From an uncultured bacterium (GTDB lineage Bacteria; Planctomycetota; SZUA-567; JAKLDR01): a DNA stretch of 64,000 nt. How positions within the stretch are numbered: position 1 is the first letter of the stretch; every line of letters starts with the position of its first letter. The stretch is taken from positions 3,566 through 67,565 of the forward strand of contig CALGYR010000100.1 of NCBI GenBank assembly GCA_937935355.1, written 5' to 3'. The notes under the pieces are model-generated. The model did no database searches. It was not told the DNA's origin and was given only the letters and a program-made list of their open reading frames with translations. The position numbers and the translations under genes are program-made. Shown piece by piece: positions 10,297-20,050 of the stretch.

Positions 10297-11334
10297 GTGA
10301 ACGCCAAGGAAAACGCCCTGCGGATCATCCGCTTCGACCGCCCGGAGCGGATCGTGGGCGGGCCGCCATGTCACGGGCTCGCCTACCTGGGCTGCAACCA
10401 CGAGGGCTACGAGGGCGGCGGCCACCACCTGCCGGTGGGCTCGAAGTGGACGGACATCTGGGGGACCGTCTGGCACCGCGAGCACGAGGGCGTGATGGGG
10501 TTCCCTCGCGGCAATCCGCTGGCCGACCTGGTCGGCGGACTGGCCCGTTTCCATTGGCCGTCTCCCGACGACGAGCGCATCTGCGGCCCGCTCCGGGAGC
10601 AGGCCCGGGCCTGGAACCGCGAGGAGTCTTTCCTGACCGGCCGGCATCGGGACACGCTCTGGGAGAAGGGCTACATGCTCGTGGGCATGGAGGAGCTGAT
10701 GTGCTCCTTCCACACCGAGCCGGGAGCGGTGCGCGAGCTCTTCCGCGGCATCATGGACTTCCAGCTGGGCATGGCCCGGCACTACCTGGAGCTGGGCGTC
10801 GAGATGGTCTCGATGGGCGACGACCTCGGCACCCAGTCGGGGCTGCTGCTCTCGCCGGAGATCCTCGAGGAGTTCCTGGTGCCGGAGTACCGCCGGCTCT
10901 TCGACCTGTACCGGAGCCGCGGCGTCATGATCGGCTTCCACAGCTGCGGGCACGTCACGCCGGTCCTGGAGATGTTCATGGACCTGGGCGTGGACGTCCT
11001 GAACCCGATACAGGCCACGGCCAACGACCTGGCCGAGGTCCGGCGCATCACCCGGGGGCGGATGGCCCTGCAGGGCGGGGTCTCCTCGGGGCTGGTCATG
11101 GAGGGCCCGACGGAGCGGATCCGGGCGGAGGCCCGCCGCTGCATGCGGCTGCTCGGCAGCGACGGGGGATACTTCTGCGGTCCCGACCAGGGCATGCCCT
11201 ACCCGCAGGAGCACCTCGACGCGCTCAAGGACGAGATCGGGCGCTTCGGCCGGTATCCGCTGTGCGAGGCAGGAGATCGCGCCGCGTCGGTCCCGGGCCA
11301 TTGCGGGAAGGAGGTTTCACCGCCGAGGCGCTGA
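10297..11334 (+). CDS. URO-D family protein (second paralog)
   Basis: Motifs 'DIWGTVWHRE', 'GDDLGTQSGLLLSPE' and 'GFHSCGHVTPVLEMFMDLGVDVLNPIQ'. A GTG start at 10297 is preferred. The upstream in-frame ATG at 10234 would translate the GGCTGGAAGG repeat. Confidence 0.7.
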   Translation: MNAKENALRIIRFDRPERIVGGPPCHGLAYLGCNHEGYEGGGHHLPVGSKWTDIWGTVWHREHEGVMGFPRGNPLADLVGGLARFHWPSPDDERICGPLREQARAWNREESFLTGRHRDTLWEKGYMLVGMEELMCSFHTEPGAVRELFRGIMDFQLGMARHYLELGVEMVSMGDDLGTQSGLLLSPEILEEFLVPEYRRLFDLYRSRGVMIGFHSCGHVTPVLEMFMDLGVDVLNPIQATANDLAEVRRITRGRMALQGGVSSGLVMEGPTERIRAEARRCMRLLGSDGGYFCGPDQGMPYPQEHLDALKDEIGRFGRYPLCEAGDRAASVPGHCGKEVSPPRR

Positions 11335-11435
11335 GGCGCAGAGCGCGCTCATGAGCGCGGCGGACGTTCCTTGGCGGCCTGGGTCCTGGCCGCGGACGGA
11401 ATCTTCTTTCTGCGTCTCCGCGCCTCGGCGGTGAA
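11317..11435. repeat. family C element whose left arm overlaps the stop codon of the URO-D paralog
   Basis: 'tcaccgccgaggcgctgaggcgcagagcg...ggtcctggccgcggacgg...ctgcgtctccgcgcctcggcggtgaa'. Confidence 0.6.
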
Positions 11436-11513
11436 ATCGGCCTCCTGCCGTGGTCCTGGTTCCCGGTCGCAGGCAGTTGACCGGGCCGCGGCTCGGTGGT
11501 TATACTCCGAGCC

Positions 11514-12224
11514 ATGAGATCGACTTTCGTCGCTGCCGCCTTCGCGGCCCTGACGCTGGGCCTGCTCGGGGCCGAAGGGCCGTCGGGGTCCGCCCCGGCC
11601 AAGCCTGCGCCGCCGGCCGCCGGCGCGCTCAGCGAAGCCCCCGCCGACAGGCAGGAGAGCCTGAGGGACCGGCGCCTGCACGTGTCGGTGACTCTCAAGG
11701 ATGGCAAGGCGGTGGCCGGCGTTCTCGAGAGCTACACGCCGGGCAAGGACGGCCTGCCCGGGACCTTCGTGCTCACCGTCGAAGGCGGCAAGCCCGTCGC
11801 CATCTACGATCTCAACGTCGTCAGGCTCGAGGTGGTCAAGGTCGAGGCCGCCGAGCCGGCCAAGGAGCCCGCGCCTCCGCACAGCCGGCTTCTCCCGGAA
11901 CTGATGGAAGCCATGCGGGCGGGCACGGTCCCGGCCTTCATCGCCAGGCACGAAGCGGCTTTGAAGAAGGTCGCCGACATCCAGGACGGTCGCGCGGAGC
12001 TGTGGGCGCTGGCCGCCGCCTACCGGCACCAGCAGCCGGAGGCGGACCGCAAGCAGCTTCGGGAGCGCCTCCGCGCCGGCGTGGACGGCGTCGAGGACGC
12101 GCTGGTCCGGGCCGATCTCCACCGGCTGCTGCAGGAGGAGCGCATCCTGCAGGGCCGGCCGCTGAGGCCTCTCGGCGGCAGAGGCCTCGGTCCGGGCGGA
12201 GTCCGGGAGCCGGAGAAGAACTAA
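11514..12224 (+). CDS. hypothetical secreted protein (signal peptide)
   Basis: 'MRSTFVAAAFAALTLGLLGAEG' resembles a signal peptide. No recognisable domain was found. Confidence 0.55.
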   Translation: MRSTFVAAAFAALTLGLLGAEGPSGSAPAKPAPPAAGALSEAPADRQESLRDRRLHVSVTLKDGKAVAGVLESYTPGKDGLPGTFVLTVEGGKPVAIYDLNVVRLEVVKVEAAEPAKEPAPPHSRLLPELMEAMRAGTVPAFIARHEAALKKVADIQDGRAELWALAAAYRHQQPEADRKQLRERLRAGVDGVEDALVRADLHRLLQEERILQGRPLRPLGGRGLGPGGVREPEKN

Positions 12225-12646
12225 CGCCCGGAAGCCAGGAAGTCCCCGGCTTTCCGGAGCAGCTCGCGCGTATTGTCGAAGGTCAGCAGAGCCAGAGCCT
12301 GGTCGAAGGCCGCCCAGCGCAGCTCGGCGATCTCGTCCGCGTCGCCGCTCGCGGGTTGCGAGTCCGGCGCCGAGCGGGCCAGCAGGTAGACCGACTCCTT
12401 GAGAGCGGTTCCGTCGGGCAAAGGGTAGCGCAGGGTCTCGCCGAAGCCGGGGACGATCTCCAGCCCGGTCAGGCCGACCTCCTCGGCCGTCTCGCGCAAC
12501 GCGGCGGCCTCGTCGCTCTCGCCGGGGTTGAGGTGGCCCTTGGGAAAGCCCCAGGCCCCGTGACGGCGGCTCCTGACCAGCAGGAATTCGCGGCGGCCGT
12601 CGCTCTCCCGCACGACTATCAGTCCGGCGGAGCGTTCGGTCTTCAT
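12221..12646 (-). CDS. NUDIX hydrolase
   Basis: Nudix box 'GFPKGHLNPGESDEAAALRETAEEVGL'. Confidence 0.85.
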   Translation of the reverse strand: MKTERSAGLIVVRESDGRREFLLVRSRRHGAWGFPKGHLNPGESDEAAALRETAEEVGLTGLEIVPGFGETLRYPLPDGTALKESVYLLARSAPDSQPASGDADEIAELRWAAFDQALALLTFDNTRELLRKAGDFLASGR

Positions 12647-12650
12647 GGTG

Positions 12651-13367
12651 TCAGCCTTTCCGTCCCTCGTCCTCGAGCCGCGCGAGGGTCGCCATATGGT
12701 GCGCCCTCCGCGCCGGCTCCGGCAGGCGGTACCCGGCCGTCGAGGCGAGCACCAGGCGTGCCGCGCCGGCGAGGTCGATGAGGTGTCCGACCGAAACGTA
12801 GACCGGCGTCACCCCGTCGCGGGTCCGGAGCGCGAGTCCCACCGTTTCGCCGCGATGCACGAGCGGGCGGCTCGAGCCGCACCTGGCCGGCAGGGGTGCG
12901 TGCTCGCCCACCAGGATGCTCTTGGCGCAGCCTACCGCGGGGATGCCCAGGAAGAGGCCCAGGTGCGAGGCGATGCCCAGCCGCCGCGGGTGGGCGCGGC
13001 CCTGGCCGTCGACCATCACGACCCCTGGCCTGGCCGCAAGCTTTTCCAGACATGCGAGCACCGGCGGGAGTTCGCGGAAGGACAGCAGCCCCGGCACGTA
13101 GGGCATGCCCGGCCGCTCGGAGACCACGTGCTCCTCGACGGTCTCGATGTCAGCCGGGCGGTCGACCGCGCCGTCGTCCGGCAGCCGGCAGAGGACCACC
13201 GCGGCGTAGAGCCGGTCCTCTTGCCGGGAGTAGCCGCAGTCGATCCCGGCCACGAGCCGCGGCAGATTGCGGAGCGGCCGTTCGCGGACCTCCCCGGCCA
13301 GCTTCCTCTGGAGCTCGACGGCCTCCCCCGGAGAGAGGTCCCAGGAGTGCAGGGGAGGGGACTTCAC
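12651..13367 (-). CDS. nfi: endonuclease V (deoxyinosine 3' endonuclease)
   Basis: Alignable with E. coli Nfi: 'GMPYVPGLLSFRELP', 'VDGQGRAHPRRLGIASHLG' and 'GYRLPEP'. The ORF track merges it into a longer GC-artefact ORF. A GTG start at 13367 is chosen. Confidence 0.8.
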   Translation of the reverse strand: MKSPPLHSWDLSPGEAVELQRKLAGEVRERPLRNLPRLVAGIDCGYSRQEDRLYAAVVLCRLPDDGAVDRPADIETVEEHVVSERPGMPYVPGLLSFRELPPVLACLEKLAARPGVVMVDGQGRAHPRRLGIASHLGLFLGIPAVGCAKSILVGEHAPLPARCGSSRPLVHRGETVGLALRTRDGVTPVYVSVGHLIDLAGAARLVLASTAGYRLPEPARRAHHMATLARLEDEGRKG

Positions 13368-13696
13368 TGCGGGCGCACCGGGCCCTCGGCGGACCACCAG
13401 GGGTCCTGCTTGGCCCAGTCGACGCCGAAGTTGTCGTGGGCCAGCTCCTTGAACTGGTCGCGCGAGACCGGTTTCCATTCGTGACGGCACCGGGCGGCCT
13501 CGGGCGTCCGGAGGGACTGGGTCGGTCCTTTGCCGTAGATGCCGCCGTCGAGGCTGTCGCACTTGGCGCAGCAGAAGAAGGCCCGCTCGACCTTGCCGTG
13601 GGACGGCGGCTGGTTCGGGCCGCAGCCCGAGCAGAGCAGTGCGACGGCCGCGACGGCGGTTGCGGAGGCGGAGAGGAGGACGGTTCCGATGCGCAT
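13364..13696 (-). CDS. small lipoprotein, hypothetical
   Basis: Signal peptide plus lipobox 'LLCSGC'. Its stop overlaps the nfi start by 4 bp. Confidence 0.55.
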   Translation of the reverse strand: MRIGTVLLSASATAVAAVALLCSGCGPNQPPSHGKVERAFFCCAKCDSLDGGIYGKGPTQSLRTPEAARCRHEWKPVSRDQFKELAHDNFGVDWAKQDPWWSAEGPVRPQ

Positions 13697-13699
13697 GGG

Positions 13700-14410
13700 C
13701 TATTCCCTTTTCGAGATGTCGGCGCCGCCCAGGAAGGGGGCGAGCTCCCGGGCGTCGACCTGGATGTCGCGGAGGCTGCCGGTCAGGTGGACGATGGCCT
13801 CGGCGCTGCCGGCCTCGCCCTGGAAGCGCTTGTCGAGGCTCTGCACGTGGAAATCGCTGAGCATCACCCGGACGGGGAGGTCGAGCTTCCCGCCCGCGCC
13901 CGGCTCGAAGACGCACGATAGCGTGAAGCGGCCGCGCAGGAAGCGGACCCGGCCGTGCTCCTTGAGCGCGGGGTTGAGCTCGAAGCAGTGCCCGCTGACG
14001 GCCAGCTTCGCCGGGCCGGAGCCGGTCTCCCCGGTAAGGGCGCCGAGGTTGCCGGCCGAGACGTCCACGCCGGTCAGGCGCAGCGGCTCGGTCCCGGGCA
14101 GCTCCAGGCGGACCACGCCCTGGTTCATGGTCAGGGTCCGGAGCCGCCGCTCGGAGAGGTCCCCGGTGGCCACCAGGCGGTCGAATTCCAGGACCGGCCC
14201 AGGGGCCGCGCCCAGGGTCAGGTCGGAGATGGCGATGCCTCCGGACGCCGGCCGGACCGATCCGATCCGGCAGGGCATGCCCGTCTCCCGGGAGATGGCC
14301 GCGGCCAGCCGCCGGCTCGGCGAGAGCGGCCCGAGGAGGAGCCACGCGACCAGCGCGCCGGTCCCGGCGAGCGCGGCGGCGATGGCGGCGAGGCGTCTGC
14401 GGCGGCTCAT
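13700..14410 (-). CDS. hypothetical membrane-anchored protein
   Basis: N-terminal TM 'LAAIAAALAGTGALVAWLLL'. The gene is tightly packed between the lipoprotein and PilZ genes. Confidence 0.5.
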   Translation of the reverse strand: MSRRRRLAAIAAALAGTGALVAWLLLGPLSPSRRLAAAISRETGMPCRIGSVRPASGGIAISDLTLGAAPGPVLEFDRLVATGDLSERRLRTLTMNQGVVRLELPGTEPLRLTGVDVSAGNLGALTGETGSGPAKLAVSGHCFELNPALKEHGRVRFLRGRFTLSCVFEPGAGGKLDLPVRVMLSDFHVQSLDKRFQGEAGSAEAIVHLTGSLRDIQVDARELAPFLGGADISKRE

Positions 14411-15132
14411 TTCTGGGAGACGAACTGCGCGCCGGCCTCGTAGCGGGTGCCCACCCGCCGGGAGCGGATCACCCGGATTATGGAGTTGAGGGTCAGCCGC
14501 GTGCCGGCGCCGCCCGCCGGCGACGGGTTGCTGAAGATGCTGATGGCCGCCACCGAGCCGGACGGCAGCGGCCGGGTGGAGAAGAAGCGCAGGCCGCCGG
14601 CGGAGATGTCGCGGACCTCGCCGCGCCAGGGCCGGGCCGTCTCGCCCGGCAGCCGGAAGAAGGCCTCCAGGCGCACCGGGTGGCGCTTCGTCCGGCGGCG
14701 CTCGGAGGCCTCGAACCGCCGGGCCGGCACGGGGGCGAAGCGCGCCCCTATCTCCCAGACCTGCGCGACCTGGCGGCAGCGGACCACCTCGAGGTAGAGC
14801 TCTCCGCCGAAGTCCCGGACCTTGCCGCCCCGGCGCTGCAGCGTGGCCTGGAGGATCTCGCCGATGCCGAGCTCCTGCGAGGCCGCGAAGCGCAGGCCGC
14901 TGCGGGAGAGGTCCCGCACCCGTCCGACCAGCGGGGTCATCCGGCCGGGCGCGCGGTAGCGCACCAGCAGGTCGGCGTTGAGCCTCTCGAAGTTGCGGCG
15001 CTCGCGGCCGCCGCCGGAATCCAGGCGGGCCTCGAGCCGGGCCAGGAGCCGGTCGACATCCTGGAGCTTCTGGCGCTCCAGGGCCGCCTGCTCGCGCAGG
15101 CGGTGGGGGCGGGACGAACCGCTCTCGGGCAT
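14407..15132 (-). CDS. PilZ domain-containing protein (tandem PilZ)
   Basis: Two 'RRxxR...D(L/I)SxGG' c-di-GMP-binding signatures: 'ERRNFERL...DLSRSGLRF' and 'RRRTKRHP...DISAGGLRF'. Confidence 0.75.
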   Translation of the reverse strand: MPESGSSRPHRLREQAALERQKLQDVDRLLARLEARLDSGGGRERRNFERLNADLLVRYRAPGRMTPLVGRVRDLSRSGLRFAASQELGIGEILQATLQRRGGKVRDFGGELYLEVVRCRQVAQVWEIGARFAPVPARRFEASERRRTKRHPVRLEAFFRLPGETARPWRGEVRDISAGGLRFFSTRPLPSGSVAAISIFSNPSPAGGAGTRLTLNSIIRVIRSRRVGTRYEAGAQFVSQK

Positions 15133-15136
15133 CCGC

Positions 15137-16369
<1,233 letters not shown>

Positions 16370-16498
16370 CGATCGTCTCCTCCTGGTTATGGCACTGGCG
16401 CGGCGGCTCTTCCGGAGCCGTCGGAGCGATTCTAGCCCCGCTGGGGAGGTTCGCAAGGAACGTGTGGGCACCAACTGCCGGTAATGAGAGGAGCCGGG

Positions 16499-16619
16499 CT
16501 CACCGCCGAGACGCGGAGGCGCCGAGACTGGATTTTGTCCGCGGCTCAGGTTCTTGCCCGCAGAAGCCGTCCGCCGCGTTCCTGAGCCTGCTCTGCGCCT
16601 CTGTGTCTCCGCGGTGAAC
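16499..16619. repeat. family C hairpin element
   Basis: 'tcaccgccgagacgcggaggcgccgagac...tgtccgcggctcagg...ctctgcgcctctgtgtctccgcggtgaa'. The loop core is shared with the 4241 copy. Confidence 0.75.
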
Positions 16620-16698
16620 CCGGGCCACAAAGAACCGCGCGGCCGGATCTCTCCGGCCGCGCGGGCTCTGCCTGGGTTCGTTCTGGACTGCCGCGGCT

Positions 16699-17049
16699 TC
16701 AGCCGCCCACCGACTTCACTCCTTCGTCGACGGAGTCGACCATGGTGACCACCGAGGCCAGGCCCGAGAGCTCGAACGAGCGCCGGGCCACCGTCGGGGC
16801 GCCGGCGACCACCAGCTTGCCGCCGACCTGTTTGAACTGGGCGTTGTAGTAGCCGACCATGGCCACCACGTAGCTGGTCATCCGCGTCACGCCGGAGAGG
16901 TCGAGCACCGCGCGCGGCGGGATGCCGCTGCCCAGGATCTTGTCCATGACTGCCTTGAAGTCGCCGATTTCCTGGACTTCCAGGTCGCCGTTCATGGCCA
17001 CCACGGACACCTGTCCGCGGCTGCTAACCTTGAGCTCCATTGCCGACAT
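16699..17049 (-). CDS. STAS domain protein (anti-sigma factor antagonist-like)
   Basis: '[24 protein letters not shown]...[17 protein letters not shown]' has SpoIIAA-like topology. Start chosen by the RBS 'ggagcgaggtg'. Confidence 0.7.
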   Translation of the reverse strand: MSAMELKVSSRGQVSVVAMNGDLEVQEIGDFKAVMDKILGSGIPPRAVLDLSGVTRMTSYVVAMVGYYNAQFKQVGGKLVVAGAPTVARRSFELSGLASVVTMVDSVDEGVKSVGG

Positions 17050-17077
17050 GCCCATCACCTCGCTCCGTGAGGGGTGA

Positions 17078-19303
17078 CTAGTGGCGCGGGCCGCCACGAC
17101 CGCCGTGGCCACCATGCCCGCCCCGGCCGCCGCCGCGACCGCCGTGGCCGCCGGGACCGCGCGGCCGGAAGCCGCCGCCGCCCTCGCCGCCGGCCGGCTG
17201 CTGGTTCTCCATGCCCTCGGGCACGGGGAGCAGAGCCTTGCGGGAGAGCTTGAGGCGCCCGGTGTCGTCGATGTTGATCAGCTTCACCTCGACGGTGTCG
17301 CCGATCTTGACGTGCTGGCCGATGTCCTTGACGTAGGCGTAGTCCCACTCGGAGACGTGCAGCAGGCCGTCGGTGCCGGGCAGGATCTCGATGAAGGCGC
17401 CGAACTCCTTGATGGTCCGGACGGTGCCCTTGTAGACCGTGCCGACGATCGGCTCCATGGTCAGGGCCTCGACCATGGCCTTGGCGGCCTCGGCCGCGGC
17501 CGCGTCCGTCGAGGAGATGGAGACGATGCCCTCGTCGTTGATGTCGATCTCGGCGCCGGACTGGGCCTCGATCCCGCGGATGGTCTTGCCGCCGGGGCCG
17601 ATGACCTTGCCGATCTTCTCCTGGTCGACCTTGATGGTGATGATCCGCGGGGCGAGCGGGTTGAGCTGCTCGCGCGGCTTGGCCAGGGCCTCGAGCATGA
17701 TCCCGAGGATCTTCATGCGCCCCTGGCGGGCCTGCTCGAGCGCGCGGCTCAGCAGGTCGGTCTTCAGCCCCTTCACCTTGATGTCCATCTGCAGGGCGGT
17801 GATGCCCTGGCCCGTGCCGGCGACCTTGAAGTCCATGTCGCCGAAGTGGTCCTCGTCGCCGAGGATGTCGGTGAGCACGATGCTCTTGTCGCCCTCCTGG
17901 ACCAGGCCCATGGCGATGCCCGCCACCGGGGCCTTGATCTGGACGCCGGCGTCCATCAGCGAGAGCGATCCGCCGCAGATGGTCGCCTGGCTGGACGAGC
18001 CGTTGGACTCGAGCACCTCCGCGGCGATGCGGATGGTGTAGGGGAAGTTCTCGCCGGAGGGCAGCACCGGCTCGAGCGCCCGCTTGGCCAGCGCGCCGTG
18101 GCCGATGTCGCGGCGGCTCGGGCCGCGCGGCATCTTGACCTCGCCGACCGAGAAGGACGGGAAGTTGTAGTGCAGCAGGAAGTCCTCCTCGAAGTCCTCG
18201 TGGAGGGCCTCGACCATCTGCTTGTCGCCGGGGGTTCCCAGCGTGGTGGTGGCCAGCACCTGGGTCTCGCCGCGGGTGAAGAGCGCCGAGCCGTGGGTGC
18301 GCGGCAGCAGCCCCACCTCGCAGGTGATCGGCCGGACGTCCTCGAAGCCGCGGCCGTCGCAGCGTACGCCGTTCTCGAAGATGCTCTTGCGCATGGCCAC
18401 GGACTGCAGTTCGTCGAAGGCCGCGTAGACCTTGCCCTTGGTCGGGCTCTTGGGGTCGTCGGGCTTGACGAACTCGGCCATGATCTTGTCGCGCACGGCC
18501 TTGAGCGCCGCGCGGCGCTCGGCCTTGGTCTTCACCAGGCAGGCCTGGCCGGTCTCGGCGAGGTATTTCGCCTCGACGGCCTTGAAGAGCGAGTTGTCGA
18601 CGGGCGCGGGCACCATCTTCTGGACGCCGCACTGGGCCGCGAGCTCGGACTGCATCAGGGCGATCTCGCGGCAGACGCCGCCGGCCATCTCGAGTGCCCG
18701 GACCATCACGTCCTCGGGCACCTCTTTGGCTCCGGCCTCGACCATGACGATGCTGTCGGCGGTGCCGGCCACGATGAGGTCCAGGTCGCCCTCGGTGCGC
18801 TGGGCGTAGCTGGGGTTGACGACGAACTCGCCGTTCACCCGGCCGATGCGCACGGCGCCGAACGGACCCTGGAAGGGCAGGGGGCTGACCGCCATGCTGG
18901 CGGAGCCCGCGATCATGGCGAAGATGTCCGGGTCGGTCTCGTCGTCGGCCGAGAGGGTCATGACCTGGACCAGCGTGTCGCGCCGGAAGCCGTCCGGGAA
19001 GAGCGGGCGGGTCGGGCGGTCGATGAGCCGCATGGTCAGGATTTCCTTCTCGGTCGGACGGCCCTCGCGCTTGTAGAAGCGTCCGCCGAAGATCTTGCCG
19101 GCCGAGAAGGCCTTCTCGCGGTAGTCGACCGTCAGCGGGAAGAAGTCGTCGAAGCCCTCGCGCGGGTCGGCGTCGGTGACGGCGGCGAGCACCACGGTGT
19201 TGCCCCAGGTCACCAGCGCGGCGCCGGAGGCCTGCTTGGCGAGGCGCCCGGTCTCGATGACCAGTTTGCGCCCGCCGATTTCACGTTCTACGATGAAAGC
19301 CAA
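17078..19303 (-). CDS. pnp: polyribonucleotide nucleotidyltransferase (PNPase)
   Basis: Two RNase PH domains plus KH and S1 domains. The N-terminus is 'MAFIVEREIGGRKLVIETGRLAKQASGA'. There is an unusual Gly/Arg/His-rich C-terminal tail. Confidence 0.92.
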   Translation of the reverse strand: MAFIVEREIGGRKLVIETGRLAKQASGAALVTWGNTVVLAAVTDADPREGFDDFFPLTVDYREKAFSAGKIFGGRFYKREGRPTEKEILTMRLIDRPTRPLFPDGFRRDTLVQVMTLSADDETDPDIFAMIAGSASMAVSPLPFQGPFGAVRIGRVNGEFVVNPSYAQRTEGDLDLIVAGTADSIVMVEAGAKEVPEDVMVRALEMAGGVCREIALMQSELAAQCGVQKMVPAPVDNSLFKAVEAKYLAETGQACLVKTKAERRAALKAVRDKIMAEFVKPDDPKSPTKGKVYAAFDELQSVAMRKSIFENGVRCDGRGFEDVRPITCEVGLLPRTHGSALFTRGETQVLATTTLGTPGDKQMVEALHEDFEEDFLLHYNFPSFSVGEVKMPRGPSRRDIGHGALAKRALEPVLPSGENFPYTIRIAAEVLESNGSSSQATICGGSLSLMDAGVQIKAPVAGIAMGLVQEGDKSIVLTDILGDEDHFGDMDFKVAGTGQGITALQMDIKVKGLKTDLLSRALEQARQGRMKILGIMLEALAKPREQLNPLAPRIITIKVDQEKIGKVIGPGGKTIRGIEAQSGAEIDINDEGIVSISSTDAAAAEAAKAMVEALTMEPIVGTVYKGTVRTIKEFGAFIEILPGTDGLLHVSEWDYAYVKDIGQHVKIGDTVEVKLINIDDTGRLKLSRKALLPVPEGMENQQPAGGEGGGGFRPRGPGGHGGRGGGRGGHGGHGGRGGPRH

Positions 19304-19356
19304 GTTGTGCTCCTTGTCTACGGATTCCTCTCGAAAACCAGAATGCTTCCCCCGCG

Positions 19357-19626
19357 CTACTTGCGCAGGTTGAGGCGGTCGATGAGCCCCTTGTAGCGAT
19401 TGAAGTCCTCGCGGCGCAGATAGCGCAGCAGCCGGTTGCGCCGGCTGACCATCAGCACCAGCCCCCGGCGGGAGTGGGCGTCCTTCTTGTGCTTCTCCAG
19501 ATGCTTGGACAGGTCCGTGATCTGCTCGGTGAGGAGCGCGATCTGGACCTCGGGCGAGCCGGTGTCCTTCTCTCCGATGCGGTTGTCGGCGACGATCTGC
19601 TTCCTGCGTTCCTTGGTTACGGCCAT
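19357..19626 (-). CDS. rpsO: 30S ribosomal protein S15
   Basis: 89 aa, '[12 protein letters not shown]...[29 protein letters not shown]'. This is the classical rpsO-pnp arrangement. Confidence 0.92.
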   Translation of the reverse strand: MAVTKERRKQIVADNRIGEKDTGSPEVQIALLTEQITDLSKHLEKHKKDAHSRRGLVLMVSRRNRLLRYLRREDFNRYKGLIDRLNLRK

Positions 19627-20050
19627 GGTCTCCTCGACTCCTTCCTGCCCTTTCGCTTCTCGGGATCGGTCGGCCGCGCCCGCACGGGCGGACGCGGAGA
19701 ACGCGCCAGAACCCGGCCGGGAAAGGGACCAGCCGGATCCGGAGTGTCGCTCAGAGCGGCGCCGGAACGACCGGCGCGGTCGCAATGGAGTCAGTAGCTT
19801 CGGTGGAGAAGGGGGCGGCACGCCGGACGGCGGCGCCCGAAAACTTCGGCCTCGAACTCTACATCCTCGCCCGCGGCACGCGGGCCGACACTCTCATCTT
19901 TCATTCGGCCGCCAGTATAAGCGGGCCGTCCGGAGGCGTCAAGGACGGATTGGGGGCGCAATTCCCGGGATTTGCGTGGCGCGCGGGCATCGGGCGCGAG
20001 TAATATCCGGAGGGCGCCGGACGGCGGCGCACCGGCACCGGAGGGAGGCC

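Noticed and set aside
8671-11301. 876 aa ORF on the minus strand spanning the ADP-ribosylglycohydrolase and URO-D genes
   Set aside because: Low-complexity translation, crossing two well-supported plus-strand genes and a repeat.
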